Of a DNA stretch of 32,000 nt, positions 18,713-27,135 are shown piece after piece. Positions within the stretch are counted from its first letter, which is position 1. Every line of letters starts with the position of its first letter. Source of the stretch: Psychrobacter sp. HD31 (GTDB taxonomy: Bacteria; Pseudomonadota; Gammaproteobacteria; Pseudomonadales; Moraxellaceae); the NCBI RefSeq assembly GCF_051097895.1, contig NZ_CP142525.1:990001-1022000 (forward strand), read 5' to 3'. The position numbers were made by a program, and so were the translations under genes. The notes beneath the pieces are model-generated. The model had not been told where the DNA came from and ran no database searches. It saw nothing but the letters and a program-made list of their open reading frames with translations.

Positions 18713-20275
18713 CTAAATAGCGGATAAATCAGCCATTATTTTAATAATTTCTATTTCCATATAGTCTGTTTGCATACCATACGCCCCTACTTTTTTAGCA
18801 AGCGCATCCCCAGCTTGACCATGAATCAGCACCGCTTGTCTTAAACTTTTTTGCGTACTTGTTAAATGATGTTGCGCTTGCAACCCTGCTAGTATGCCGG
18901 CTAGAACGTCTCCCATACCAGCAGTTGCCATCCCTGCATTGCCCACATCACAAACATACATTTGCGCATCTTCATACACCATACTACCTGCACCTTTTAA
19001 CAACCAATGACCGCCAAACTGCGCTACCGCTTGATCAACTGCTGCTGTCCGGTTATCTTCTATTTGTTTGTTGCTAATACCGAGTAGCCTTGCCATCTCA
19101 CCTGTGTGTGGTGTAAAAGCAACAAATTGATTGGCTGCATAGATTTTTATCTTTTCAACCAACTCGTTACTCTCTAACTTTAAACTTGCTAGGTGATATA
19201 AACCATCAGCATCTATCACTAGTTTACAATTTGCTTGCATGGCATACTCGACACTTTTTACAAACAAGCTTTGTACCTGTTGTTCTCGCCCTAACCCCAT
19301 ACCAATGGCTACCACATCGGTTTGCGCAAATAAAGGTTCTAACGCTTTTGGGTTATGCAAGTCAACGACCATGGCATTGGGTTTACTTGCCAGCACAGCG
19401 TTATGATAATCTGCATGGCAAGCAACACTAACTTTTCCAGCCCCCACCGCAAATGCGCCAGTTGCCGCTAAAATGCTTGCCCCACCCATGCCATTTGCAA
19501 ACTCAGTTTTATTACCACCCACCACTAACACATGCCCAAAACTGCCTTTATGACTGTTAGATAAACGAGACAAAATTGGATAAGCCTGCATGAGGCGGAT
19601 TGCCGTGGGCTTAATTTTTGATGATGTCGGTAAAGGAATAAGCGGCAATGTAACCACTTGCCCGGCATAGTCTTTACCATCTTTAATAAATAAACCAAGC
19701 TTACTTGCCAATAAACACAAAGTGATGTCAGCACAAATGGCAACACCATTAAATACTTGCCCAGTACTGGAAACCAATCCACTTGGAATGTCTACGGCAA
19801 TCGCAGTTTTATCAGGCAGGGAGGTGAGTTGATTTACTTGGGCAATGGCAGTGGCATAATCTCCCATTGGTTCTCTATCTAACCCAATGCCAAATAAAGC
19901 ATCAATATGCACATTTGCCGAAAATACGGCAGATTCTTTCATCATTTCTTTATGCCATTTAATGGTTTGACACCTTGCTTTTAAAGCAATTTGTTTGGCA
20001 TGTTTGCTGTCTTCGGTAGTTGGTTCAGCGACTTCTACAACCGTTACTTGCCAGCCAAATTGACATAAGTAATGAGCCAATAGCCAACCATCGCCACCAT
20101 TGTTTCCGCTACCCGTCCATATACAGGCATTTTTATAACTTATGTTTTTATTAATCCATATTGCCATTTGCCAGCTGGCTTGCTGCATCAAACCAAAACT
20201 GGGGTTACCCGCTTTAAACCAGTCTTGTTCAATCTGGTAAATTTGTTGACTGGTGTAAAGTAGCGTGTTATTCAT
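18713..20275 (-). CDS. nnr: bifunctional NAD(P)H-hydrate repair enzyme (epimerase plus ADP-dependent dehydratase), YjeF family
   Basis: 520 aa. The N-terminal YjeF_N domain has GSGNNGGDG. The C-terminal carbohydrate-kinase domain has HKGSFGHVLVVGG and GMGDVLAGILAG. Confidence 0.9.
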   Translation of the reverse strand: MNNTLLYTSQQIYQIEQDWFKAGNPSFGLMQQASWQMAIWINKNISYKNACIWTGSGNNGGDGWLLAHYLCQFGWQVTVVEVAEPTTEDSKHAKQIALKARCQTIKWHKEMMKESAVFSANVHIDALFGIGLDREPMGDYATAIAQVNQLTSLPDKTAIAVDIPSGLVSSTGQVFNGVAICADITLCLLASKLGLFIKDGKDYAGQVVTLPLIPLPTSSKIKPTAIRLMQAYPILSRLSNSHKGSFGHVLVVGGNKTEFANGMGGASILAATGAFAVGAGKVSVACHADYHNAVLASKPNAMVVDLHNPKALEPLFAQTDVVAIGMGLGREQQVQSLFVKSVEYAMQANCKLVIDADGLYHLASLKLESNELVEKIKIYAANQFVAFTPHTGEMARLLGISNKQIEDNRTAAVDQAVAQFGGHWLLKGAGSMVYEDAQMYVCDVGNAGMATAGMGDVLAGILAGLQAQHHLTSTQKSLRQAVLIHGQAGDALAKKVGAYGMQTDYMEIEIIKIMADLSAI

Positions 20276-20292
20276 GGTTATTCCTTATTTTG

Positions 20293-20721
20293 TTATTCAT
20301 TTGTACTTCGAAACTTACCAAATTCGTTACACGTAATTTGTGATGCTTCACCCATAAATTGATAATAAGAATAATCAGTATATTTTTTACTTTCTAAACG
20401 CACACAAAACTGGATACCATCATAACAGTTAAAATTATTCATCATTTTCCAATATAAAAATACAATATACCTATCCAAAGAAAATGGCGATTTAATCTCC
20501 TTATATTCGTCCCAACCTGAAACACTTGGTAAACCCTGCTCCCAAAACAATTCATCGGTATCAATATCAACATTTAAACTCAATAAACCCAGTTCTTTTG
20601 TTTCAAATAAAATAATTTCAATATTTTCAGGAGCTTCATTCAAGACATAACATTTCATAGAAAATACCGTTATTATCCCTGTACTTTCCATTTTTTTCTG
20701 AAAAATATCTGATTTTCCCAT
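20293..20721 (-). CDS. hypothetical cytoplasmic protein, low-GC orphan
   Basis: 142-aa ORF with its stop 17 nt upstream of the nnr start, so it is probably co-transcribed. No signal peptide or TM segment, acidic, with an alternating beta-like pattern. A hand count of the first ~118 nt gives 33 G+C (about 28%), against roughly 40% in the neighbouring genes. I recognise no motif. Confidence 0.55.
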   Translation of the reverse strand: MGKSDIFQKKMESTGIITVFSMKCYVLNEAPENIEIILFETKELGLLSLNVDIDTDELFWEQGLPSVSGWDEYKEIKSPFSLDRYIVFLYWKMMNNFNCYDGIQFCVRLESKKYTDYSYYQFMGEASQITCNEFGKFRSTNE

Positions 20722-21002
20722 AATAATATCTCTTATAAATATTCTATGTATCTGGCAAATGGTTAGCTATAATTGGGTTCAACTACATTTAAAAAAGAAA
20801 GCAGGTGTTAAACCCTTAGATTTGCCAATATATTAAGATATTTGATACACAGGCTATGTTTTTTTCAATTCATAACCGCAAGCAAAGCTTTGTTTTAGCA
20901 CCACCTTAAACATATTTTATCTCTCAATTATACGGTGATTTTATCTCTATTTTTATAAAATTACGGTAAAATGCAATAAAAATAACCCTTTAACATTACC
21001 TT

Positions 21003-22136
21003 ATGCCCAGCAGTCAACAAATAGCCACGCATACCCTGTTTAATTCAACAGATGAGGTTAAACAATGGATACAACAGCAAGCCCTTGAACTCGGCTTTGC
21101 TGATTGTGGTTTTTTGCCAATCAACCACCCATTATTTGCCAAACAAATCACCCATCTTAAACAATGGTTAGATAAAGGCTACGAAGGTCAACTTGAGTTT
21201 TTACATAACCATCATGACTTGCGCGCAGACCCTGCTAAGCTAGTGACAGGCACAAAAACCATTATTAGCGTACGCATGGATTACCTTGCCGAAAAAACAA
21301 CGCCAAGAAAAATAGAAGATAATAAGTACCCAAATAACGCTATTGTGGCACGTTATGCCCGTGGGCGTGATTACCACAAGGTCATGCGTAACAGACTAAA
21401 AAAACTTGCCAAACGCATTGAAGCACAACGCCCAAATTGGCAACATTTAGATATTAATAATGATTCACCCTTTGTATTTAGACCCTTTGCTGATTCTGCC
21501 CCTATTTTTGAACGCGCCATTGCCGATGCGGCAGGATTAGGCTGGACAGGTAAACACACTTTACTCATTAACAAACAAGCGGGCTCTTTTTTTGTTTTGG
21601 GCGAGTTGTTTATTAGCCTAGAATTACCAGAAGACCAGCCTGTATCCCCCCATTGTGGCAGCTGCCAAGCTTGTATTGATATTTGCCCAACACAAGCCAT
21701 TGTTGAACCCTACCAAGTTAATGCCAGTGCCTGTATATCTTACCTAACCATAGAACACGATGGTCCTATACCAGAAAAATACCGTAAGGCAATGGGTAAT
21801 CGTGTTTTTGGATGTGATGACTGCCAACTGGTTTGCCCTTGGAACCGCTATGCTAATTTGGCAACTTTAGATGATTTTGCCCCTCGGCACAATTTAGACA
21901 GCCTAAGTTTACTGGACTTATGGAACTGGACACAACAAGACTTTGATGCTTTTACTCAAGGCAGCCCTTTACGTCGCACGGGTTATGTTAATCTGTTACG
22001 CAATGTGGCAATTGCACTTGGTAATGCACCAAAATCCGATGCAACCGTTCAAGCATTGCAAAGTAAACTTAGTCAACATGGCGATATGCTAGATGAACAT
22101 ATCCATTGGGCAATTAAGCAACAAACTACAAAATAA
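21003..22136 (+). CDS. queG: epoxyqueuosine reductase
   Basis: 377 aa. Two 4Fe-4S ferredoxin motifs, CGSCQACIDICP and CDDCQLVCPWN, plus a C-terminal HEAT-like region. Its divergent position relative to nnr is the same as E. coli queG/yjeF. Confidence 0.9.
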   Translation: MPSSQQIATHTLFNSTDEVKQWIQQQALELGFADCGFLPINHPLFAKQITHLKQWLDKGYEGQLEFLHNHHDLRADPAKLVTGTKTIISVRMDYLAEKTTPRKIEDNKYPNNAIVARYARGRDYHKVMRNRLKKLAKRIEAQRPNWQHLDINNDSPFVFRPFADSAPIFERAIADAAGLGWTGKHTLLINKQAGSFFVLGELFISLELPEDQPVSPHCGSCQACIDICPTQAIVEPYQVNASACISYLTIEHDGPIPEKYRKAMGNRVFGCDDCQLVCPWNRYANLATLDDFAPRHNLDSLSLLDLWNWTQQDFDAFTQGSPLRRTGYVNLLRNVAIALGNAPKSDATVQALQSKLSQHGDMLDEHIHWAIKQQTTK

Positions 22137-22141
22137 TCAAA

Positions 22142-22175
22142 AAAGATGCCCTCAAATTGTTTTGAGGGCATCTTT
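22142..22175. terminator. bidirectional intrinsic terminator between convergent queG and kbp
   Basis: 15-bp perfect stem AAAGATGCCCTCAAA (22142-22156) / TTTGAGGGCATCTTT (22161-22175) with a 4-nt loop. An A-run at 22139-22144 provides the U-tail on the minus strand. Confidence 0.85.
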
Positions 22176-22225
22176 GGTTATAGCAACTAATCAACTACGG
22201 CAGTTATTTTTTTATTCATAAAAAA

Positions 22226-22705
22226 TTATGCAGGGATACGTAAAACTTGACCTGGATAGATTTTATTAGGGTCGCTAAGCATTGGTTTGTTAGCTTCAAA
22301 AATCTTCATATAGTCTGGGGCACCATAATGCGCTTTTGCAATTGCTGATAATGTGTCACCAGATTTTACGGTGTACATGGTTGATTCTGGCTCTGCAACT
22401 TTAACTTCAATATGGTCAACAACTTGTGCAACGTCTTGTACGTTACCTACTGCAATAATTGCTTTTTCACGGTCGGCTTGTGTCGCAGCCACACCACTAA
22501 TTTCAGCAGTGTCTGTATTGCCGTTGTATTTAACTTTTAGGTTATCAATTTCAACATTTTGATCTTGGATACGCTTAAGTAAGATGTTAGCAACTGACTG
22601 TGCTGATGGCTCTGAATTAACGTCCGCTTCTGTTTCTTTGTTTTCTGCCTCGTCACGATTAAAAATTTTATCGCCAATGTCTTTTGCAAAACTAAAAATT
22701 CCCAT
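22226..22705 (-). CDS. kbp: BON plus LysM domain protein (potassium-binding protein Kbp/YgaU family)
   Basis: 159 aa. Begins MGIFSFAKDIGDKIF. A central BON domain is followed by a C-terminal LysM, YTVKSGDTLSAIAKAHYG...FEANKPMLSDPNKIYPGQVLRIP. It is co-linear with E. coli YgaU. Confidence 0.85.
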   Translation of the reverse strand: MGIFSFAKDIGDKIFNRDEAENKETEADVNSEPSAQSVANILLKRIQDQNVEIDNLKVKYNGNTDTAEISGVAATQADREKAIIAVGNVQDVAQVVDHIEVKVAEPESTMYTVKSGDTLSAIAKAHYGAPDYMKIFEANKPMLSDPNKIYPGQVLRIPA

Positions 22706-22882
22706 TGTTATACTCCAATTTATTTTAAAAAATTTATTGTAAAAAGCCTAAAATCTTAAATGAATAAATCACTCAAGTTTTATATTGCTCCATTCGAGTA
22801 TAGCAAAACTTGTATGACAATCTAATAAAATAATGTTGAATAATGTTACTAAATCTATAATTTCGTAACAAACCAAATAGAC

Positions 22883-22920
22883 AAAAAAAAAGACCAAATA
22901 GCAAATTGCTAAATGGTCTT
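22883..22920 (-). terminator. intrinsic terminator of acpP
   Basis: Interrupted stem GACCA..TAGCA (22892-22903) / TGCTA..TGGTC (22907-22918). On the minus strand it is followed by U9 (plus-strand A-run 22883-22891). Confidence 0.8.
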
Positions 22921-22943
22921 TACTAAGCTAAACACAAAACAAA

Positions 22944-23180
22944 TTACAGCTTGCTGGCAACGTAATCAATTGCTTTTTGAACAGTTGTTAGTTCTGCTGA
23001 ATCTTCATCTGGAATTGTGATACCAAAGTCATTTTCAAAAGACATAACAAGCTCTACTAAGTCTAGAGAGTCAGCACCTAGATCTTCCATGAATGAAGCA
23101 TCATTGCTAATTTCATCAACATTTTTGCCTAATTGTTCAGCAACGGCTGCTTTAACTTTTGATTCAATTTCTGTACTCAT
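22944..23180 (-). CDS. acpP: acyl carrier protein
   Basis: 78 aa and highly AcpP-like: phosphopantetheine site [14 protein letters not shown] and C-terminal [17 protein letters not shown] lies 8 nt upstream. Confidence 0.95.
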   Translation of the reverse strand: MSTEIESKVKAAVAEQLGKNVDEISNDASFMEDLGADSLDLVELVMSFENDFGITIPDEDSAELTTVQKAIDYVASKL

Positions 23181-23627
23181 AAAAAATCTCCATTGTTATT
23201 GAGTATGTAATAAATTGGGTAATATTGTGGAACTCGTTTAATGATACAAAACACTTTAAGCTGAGTATTAAAATAACTCTGTGCCTTTGTATATTACGCT
23301 ATATCCAAAAAAATATAACCTATTTTTATTAAAATAGTGTAGAACATTATAACACCATTTTAAAACAGTTTACACTCGTACACAATAAAATTTATACTTT
23401 TTTTGGCTTTAAAATATTTATAGGTACTTGCTCAGCACATAAGCACACGATAACACAGCTAAAAAATATCACAAATATGTTACAATTAACCTCAGGTTCA
23501 TACGTTAACTTAGGTACAATCATTGGGGGAAAATTTAATTAAAATTGTTTAACACAACAACAGGTTACACCTAAAAACACCCCCTTTCAATTAAATGGTT
23601 TCATATAAACAAACAATAGAGACAAAT

Positions 23628-24254
23628 ATGACAGGCTCCTTATTTATCATCACTGCCGCTTCTGGTACAGGTAAAACTTCATTAGTAAAACAGCTCATCG
23701 AAAACACCCAAAATTTGACTGTTAGTGTGTCACACACAACTCGTCAACCAAGACCAGGGGAAGTGAATGGTCAACAGTATCACTTTACTAGCGTTGATGA
23801 ATTTAAAAAAGGCATTGCGGAAAATCAGTTTTTTGAATATGCCGAAGTTTTTGGTAATTTTTATGGCACTTCTGCCCAAAAAGTGACTGCCCAGCTTGCA
23901 CAAGGGATGGATGTTATATTAGAAATTGACTGGCAAGGTGCTTTACAAGTTAAAGAACAGCTTAAAAATTCAAACACTACCCCCATTATGATTTTTATTC
24001 TACCGCCAAGTAAAGAAGCATTAAAGGAGCGTTTATCTAACCGAGGGCAAGATAGCGAAGACGTGATACAAACCAGACTGGCTGGTGCAGTAAAAGAAAT
24101 GCAGCAATATAGCAACTTTGATTATATTGTTATCAATGATGACTTTAACGCCGCCTATGAAGAGCTTAAAGCGATTATTATTGCAAATCGTCAAACACTT
24201 AAAAAACAACAAAGTACCCATGGTGATTTAATTAATAACTTAATTACAGACTAG
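23628..24254 (+). CDS. gmk: guanylate kinase
   Basis: P-loop [10 protein letters not shown], then [19 protein letters not shown]. The start is set at MTGSLFII (23628), which aligns with other Gmk N-termini. The ORF-track start at 23595 would add 11 aa. Confidence 0.95.
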   Translation: MTGSLFIITAASGTGKTSLVKQLIENTQNLTVSVSHTTRQPRPGEVNGQQYHFTSVDEFKKGIAENQFFEYAEVFGNFYGTSAQKVTAQLAQGMDVILEIDWQGALQVKEQLKNSNTTPIMIFILPPSKEALKERLSNRGQDSEDVIQTRLAGAVKEMQQYSNFDYIVINDDFNAAYEELKAIIIANRQTLKKQQSTHGDLINNLITD

Positions 24255-24374
24255 ATTTAAAATCAGCAATAAAGCAAACAAAACTTTTTAAATAACTGTT
24301 TAAAAAGGTTATGTTAATTGCTATAATTACCGGCTAACTATTGCAAAATTAATTTTAAATTTGATGAGGGCTTT

Positions 24375-24635
24375 ATGGCACGCATTACTATCGAAGACTG
24401 TTTAGGAAAAATTGACAACCGTTTTGAACTAATTTTGGTTGCTAGCAAGCGTGCTCGTCAGTTAGCTAAAGGCGTTTCAGAGCCATTAGTAGAAATAGAT
24501 AACGACAAACCAACCGTATTGGCACTGCGAGAAATCGCCGAAGGTAAAATTGACAAAGATATTTTGTTTCAGCCAGAGTACGATGTTGCCACCAATAGCC
24601 TTGATTTAGCACTATCATCAAACAACGGTTTTTAA
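24375..24635 (+). CDS. rpoZ: DNA-directed RNA polymerase subunit omega
   Basis: Reads [30 protein letters not shown]... The gmk-rpoZ-spoT order is conserved. Confidence 0.95.
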   Translation: MARITIEDCLGKIDNRFELILVASKRARQLAKGVSEPLVEIDNDKPTVLALREIAEGKIDKDILFQPEYDVATNSLDLALSSNNGF

Positions 24636-24665
24636 TATCTAAATCGCTTAAAAACTTAAACAAAT

Positions 24666-24693
24666 CCACAGCTTTTTATTGCTGTGGTTTTTT
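24666..24693 (+). terminator. intrinsic terminator after rpoZ
   Basis: Stem CCACAGC (24666-24672) / GCTGTGG (24681-24687) with an 8-nt loop, then T6 (24688-24693). Confidence 0.75.
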
Positions 24694-24704
24694 GTTATTT
24701 ATGA

Positions 24705-24733
24705 TTGACATAATAAGACTTTAGCATTAAGTT
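24705..24733 (+). promoter_or_regulatory. candidate sigma70 promoter inside the rpoZ-spoT spacer
   Basis: Consensus TTGACA (24705-24710), a 17-nt spacer, then TAAGTT (24728-24733). A second TTGACA at 24768-24773 lacks a good -10. Confidence 0.4.
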
Positions 24734-24809
24734 AGTAGTTGTACCTAAGTGTTTTAAAAGTTTTAAATTGACAACTTTCCAAGCCAAAATCACTAAGCAT
24801 TTATCTGCC

Positions 24810-24831
24810 ACCGCATTAATGCGGTTTTTTT
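24810..24831 (+). terminator. second terminator-like hairpin, 33 nt upstream of the annotated spoT ATG
   Basis: Stem ACCGC(A) (24810-24815) / (T)GCGGT (24820-24825), then T7 (24825-24831). Confidence 0.5.
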
Positions 24832-24864
24832 ATCGGATTTTTATCAGTTTCGTAGTCAGATAAA

Positions 24865-27108
24865 ATGCAAGCAAGGAATATTATATTAAAGATGCAAGCA
24901 GCTGATAGCACAGACGTAGATATCCGTAAAAAAAAGTTTAGCCATTATTTAGTAGATGAAGCTCAACAAAGCCTAATGCTGTCTGTCGGTTACTTACCTT
25001 GTGAAGAACAAACCGATATTATTGATGCTTGCCATTTTGGTGATATTGCACACATTAAAGACAAAAGAAAATCTGGTGAACCCTATATCACGCACCCTAT
25101 CGCTGTTGCCGAAATTTTGGCAGGTTTTAAACTCGATAGAGACACCATCATTGCCGCTATTTTGCATGATACTGTAGAAGATACCGACGTTAGCCTACAA
25201 GACTTAACTGAAAAATATGGCGTGCAAGTAGCAAAACTGGTTGATGGCGTTACCAAGCTAAAGTCATCTTCACAAAACAAGCAACAAAATAAAGCAGCAA
25301 CCTTTCATAAAATTTTAACCGCCACGCTAAATGACCCCCGTGTTTTAGTTGTTAAACTTGCTGACAGGTTACACAACATGTCGACACTTGGTGCTGTAAG
25401 ACGCGAAAAACAAAAATCAACGGCACAAGAAACATTAGATTTTTACATACCCTTTGCTCGTGTTATGGGTATGAATGACCTCGCCGACCATATTGAAATG
25501 CTGTGTTACCGTAACCTAGACCCTGAGATGTACACCAAGCTATCTGATAAACTATTGCAGCATGGACTTGGTCGAAAGTTTCGTAAAGATGAAATTCACG
25601 ACTATCTACAAAGGCTGTTGCGTGTCAAAAAATTGCATGGTCATGTCAAAATGCTCGATTATAAAGTCGATATGTATCGCCAATTTTTTAGAAACCGAGG
25701 CACAATTGATGAGCTAATTCGTCAATATGCATTTGAGATTGTGCTAGAAGATGTCAAATCTTGCAAAAACATCAGTAATTACCTAATTAATAAATATAAT
25801 ATCCCAGATACCCAAATTTCTGATAATATCCGTAACCCCTTACCTGGCGGTAATCAATCGCTCACCCTTACTTACGTTTATCAACACAACACCATTAAAG
25901 TAACCTTGCTTACGCACAAAATGCAAAAAGCAGCAAGGCTTGGGATTATTGGTGCAGATAACGCTTCTGCCGTTAGTCAGTCTGTTATTCAAGCATCTTT
26001 GCGGAATATGAAATCATTAGTCAGTGATGACATGAGTGTGAGTAACCCAAATATTGATGAAGCGGTAGAAACCATTGAGCAGTTAATGGACTACTTACAC
26101 GAACGCAAAATTCTTTGTTATAGCCCAAAAGGTAAAGCCTACGAGCTGCCTCGTCATTCCACTGTTTTAGATTTTGCTTATGCTGTCGGTCCAAAAATTG
26201 GACACATTGCTGTCTCTGGTAGCATTGATGGCAAGCCATGCGACCTGGCAACCGTTGTGTATAGTGGACAAACGGTAGAAATCATTACCGATAAAAACAG
26301 CTTACCAAAGGCAGAATGGCTCGGGTTTGTTATCACCAGTAAAGCAAGGGAGCTCATCCAAAAGTGGTTTAAAGCACTACCTGATGAGCAAAAAGTTACA
26401 CAGGGCAAATTAGCCCTTGATAGAGCCTTAAAAACGTATGGCAAAGATTTGCATGACTTAACAGCAAGTGACTGGCAAGATGTTTTAAATTGGCGCAAAT
26501 TTAATAATAAAGATGACTTATTTTGGGCAATCAGTGCTGGTAAACTACTACCACAACTTGTGATTTCTCGGTTATTTAGTGAAGAAGTAGAAGCTGCCAA
26601 TGCGGTTAAAAATGCATCTAACTGCACTGGGCAATCTCAAAACTTAATTGCCAACCTAGGAAACGGGGTAGAAATTAGCTTTCCTAAATGCTGTAATCCG
26701 GTATACGGCGACCCCGTGTTAGCCTATAACTCAAGACATCATGGTTTAGTGATTCATCGCCACAAATGTTATGAACTAGAAGAAGTACGCAAACGTTCTC
26801 CCAATCAAATATTTAAAATATTGTGGCAAACAGAAGAAACACTAGCCAAAAACACTCAAGGCGAACGCCCCCACTTTCACTCTTTTTTAAAGATATGTGC
26901 TCAAATAAATGAAGACCAATTGAGTGAGGCCATTTTAAACTTACGCCAAATCAATGTGGGGGTTGAAAAGGTAGAATACCACGAGGCTGATACACTATTA
27001 TTTGTCGTTGTTCGCAGTCGTCAGCACCTTGCCCATGCTATTCGTGAACTACGTAACTCATTAGGTTTCCCTAACATTATGCGTTTATATCAAGCACCAA
27101 ACAATTAA
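24865..27108 (+). CDS. spoT: long RSH enzyme SpoT, (p)ppGpp hydrolase with degenerate synthetase domain
   Basis: The HD hydrolase motifs are intact: SGEPYITHPIAVA, LHDTVEDT, KLADRLHNM. TGS (FAYAVGPKIGH), a Cys-rich zinc-finger region (CCNPVYGDPV...IHRHKC) and a C-terminal ACT-like domain are present. The synthetase motifs are degenerate (see findings). The start is uncertain (24865, 24892 or 24976), and none has a good SD. Confidence 0.9.
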   Translation: MQARNIILKMQAADSTDVDIRKKKFSHYLVDEAQQSLMLSVGYLPCEEQTDIIDACHFGDIAHIKDKRKSGEPYITHPIAVAEILAGFKLDRDTIIAAILHDTVEDTDVSLQDLTEKYGVQVAKLVDGVTKLKSSSQNKQQNKAATFHKILTATLNDPRVLVVKLADRLHNMSTLGAVRREKQKSTAQETLDFYIPFARVMGMNDLADHIEMLCYRNLDPEMYTKLSDKLLQHGLGRKFRKDEIHDYLQRLLRVKKLHGHVKMLDYKVDMYRQFFRNRGTIDELIRQYAFEIVLEDVKSCKNISNYLINKYNIPDTQISDNIRNPLPGGNQSLTLTYVYQHNTIKVTLLTHKMQKAARLGIIGADNASAVSQSVIQASLRNMKSLVSDDMSVSNPNIDEAVETIEQLMDYLHERKILCYSPKGKAYELPRHSTVLDFAYAVGPKIGHIAVSGSIDGKPCDLATVVYSGQTVEIITDKNSLPKAEWLGFVITSKARELIQKWFKALPDEQKVTQGKLALDRALKTYGKDLHDLTASDWQDVLNWRKFNNKDDLFWAISAGKLLPQLVISRLFSEEVEAANAVKNASNCTGQSQNLIANLGNGVEISFPKCCNPVYGDPVLAYNSRHHGLVIHRHKCYELEEVRKRSPNQIFKILWQTEETLAKNTQGERPHFHSFLKICAQINEDQLSEAILNLRQINVGVEKVEYHEADTLLFVVVRSRQHLAHAIRELRNSLGFPNIMRLYQAPNN

Positions 27109-27135
27109 TTTATCACATAAAAAAAGGATAAGAAT

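Noticed and set aside
20752-20828. A possible structured RNA or preQ1-I-riboswitch-like string (GGGTTCAACTACATTTAAAAAAGAAAG) upstream of queG. It is flanked by the inverted repeat TGGCAAAT / ATTTGCCA.
   Set aside because: There is superficial similarity to the preQ1-I core (GGUUC...CUACA...A-rich tail). But the P1 helix cannot form: the 3' strand would be UUU opposite GGG, with no further complementarity. The site is also about 200 nt from queG, and queG is not a usual preQ1-riboswitch target. The 8-bp inverted repeat alone is not significant in AT-rich DNA.
21371-21700. 109-aa ORF antisense to queG. The antisense ORFs at 11472-11786 and 11172-11459 (in proS), 12338-12616 (in etfA), 9460-9741 and 8848-9105 (in phr) and 3474-4001 (in ackA) are of the same kind.
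   Set aside because: All are embedded in strongly supported genes on the opposite strand. They have biased, low-complexity translations and no translation signals. I treat them as shadow ORFs.
23478-23543. 21-aa ORF (MLQLTSGSYVNLGTIIGGKFN) in the 414-bp acpP-gmk intergenic region.
   Set aside because: It has no Shine-Dalgarno, no hydrophobic or leader-like character, and lies in very AT-rich DNA where short ORFs arise by chance.
26178-26627. 149-aa ORF antisense to spoT, the longest unexplained ORF in the track.
   Set aside because: It lies entirely inside a well-supported spoT reading frame. Its Ser/Leu/Ala/Cys-rich composition is typical of the mirror frame of a real gene. It has no SD or promoter. 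I treat it as a shadow ORF.
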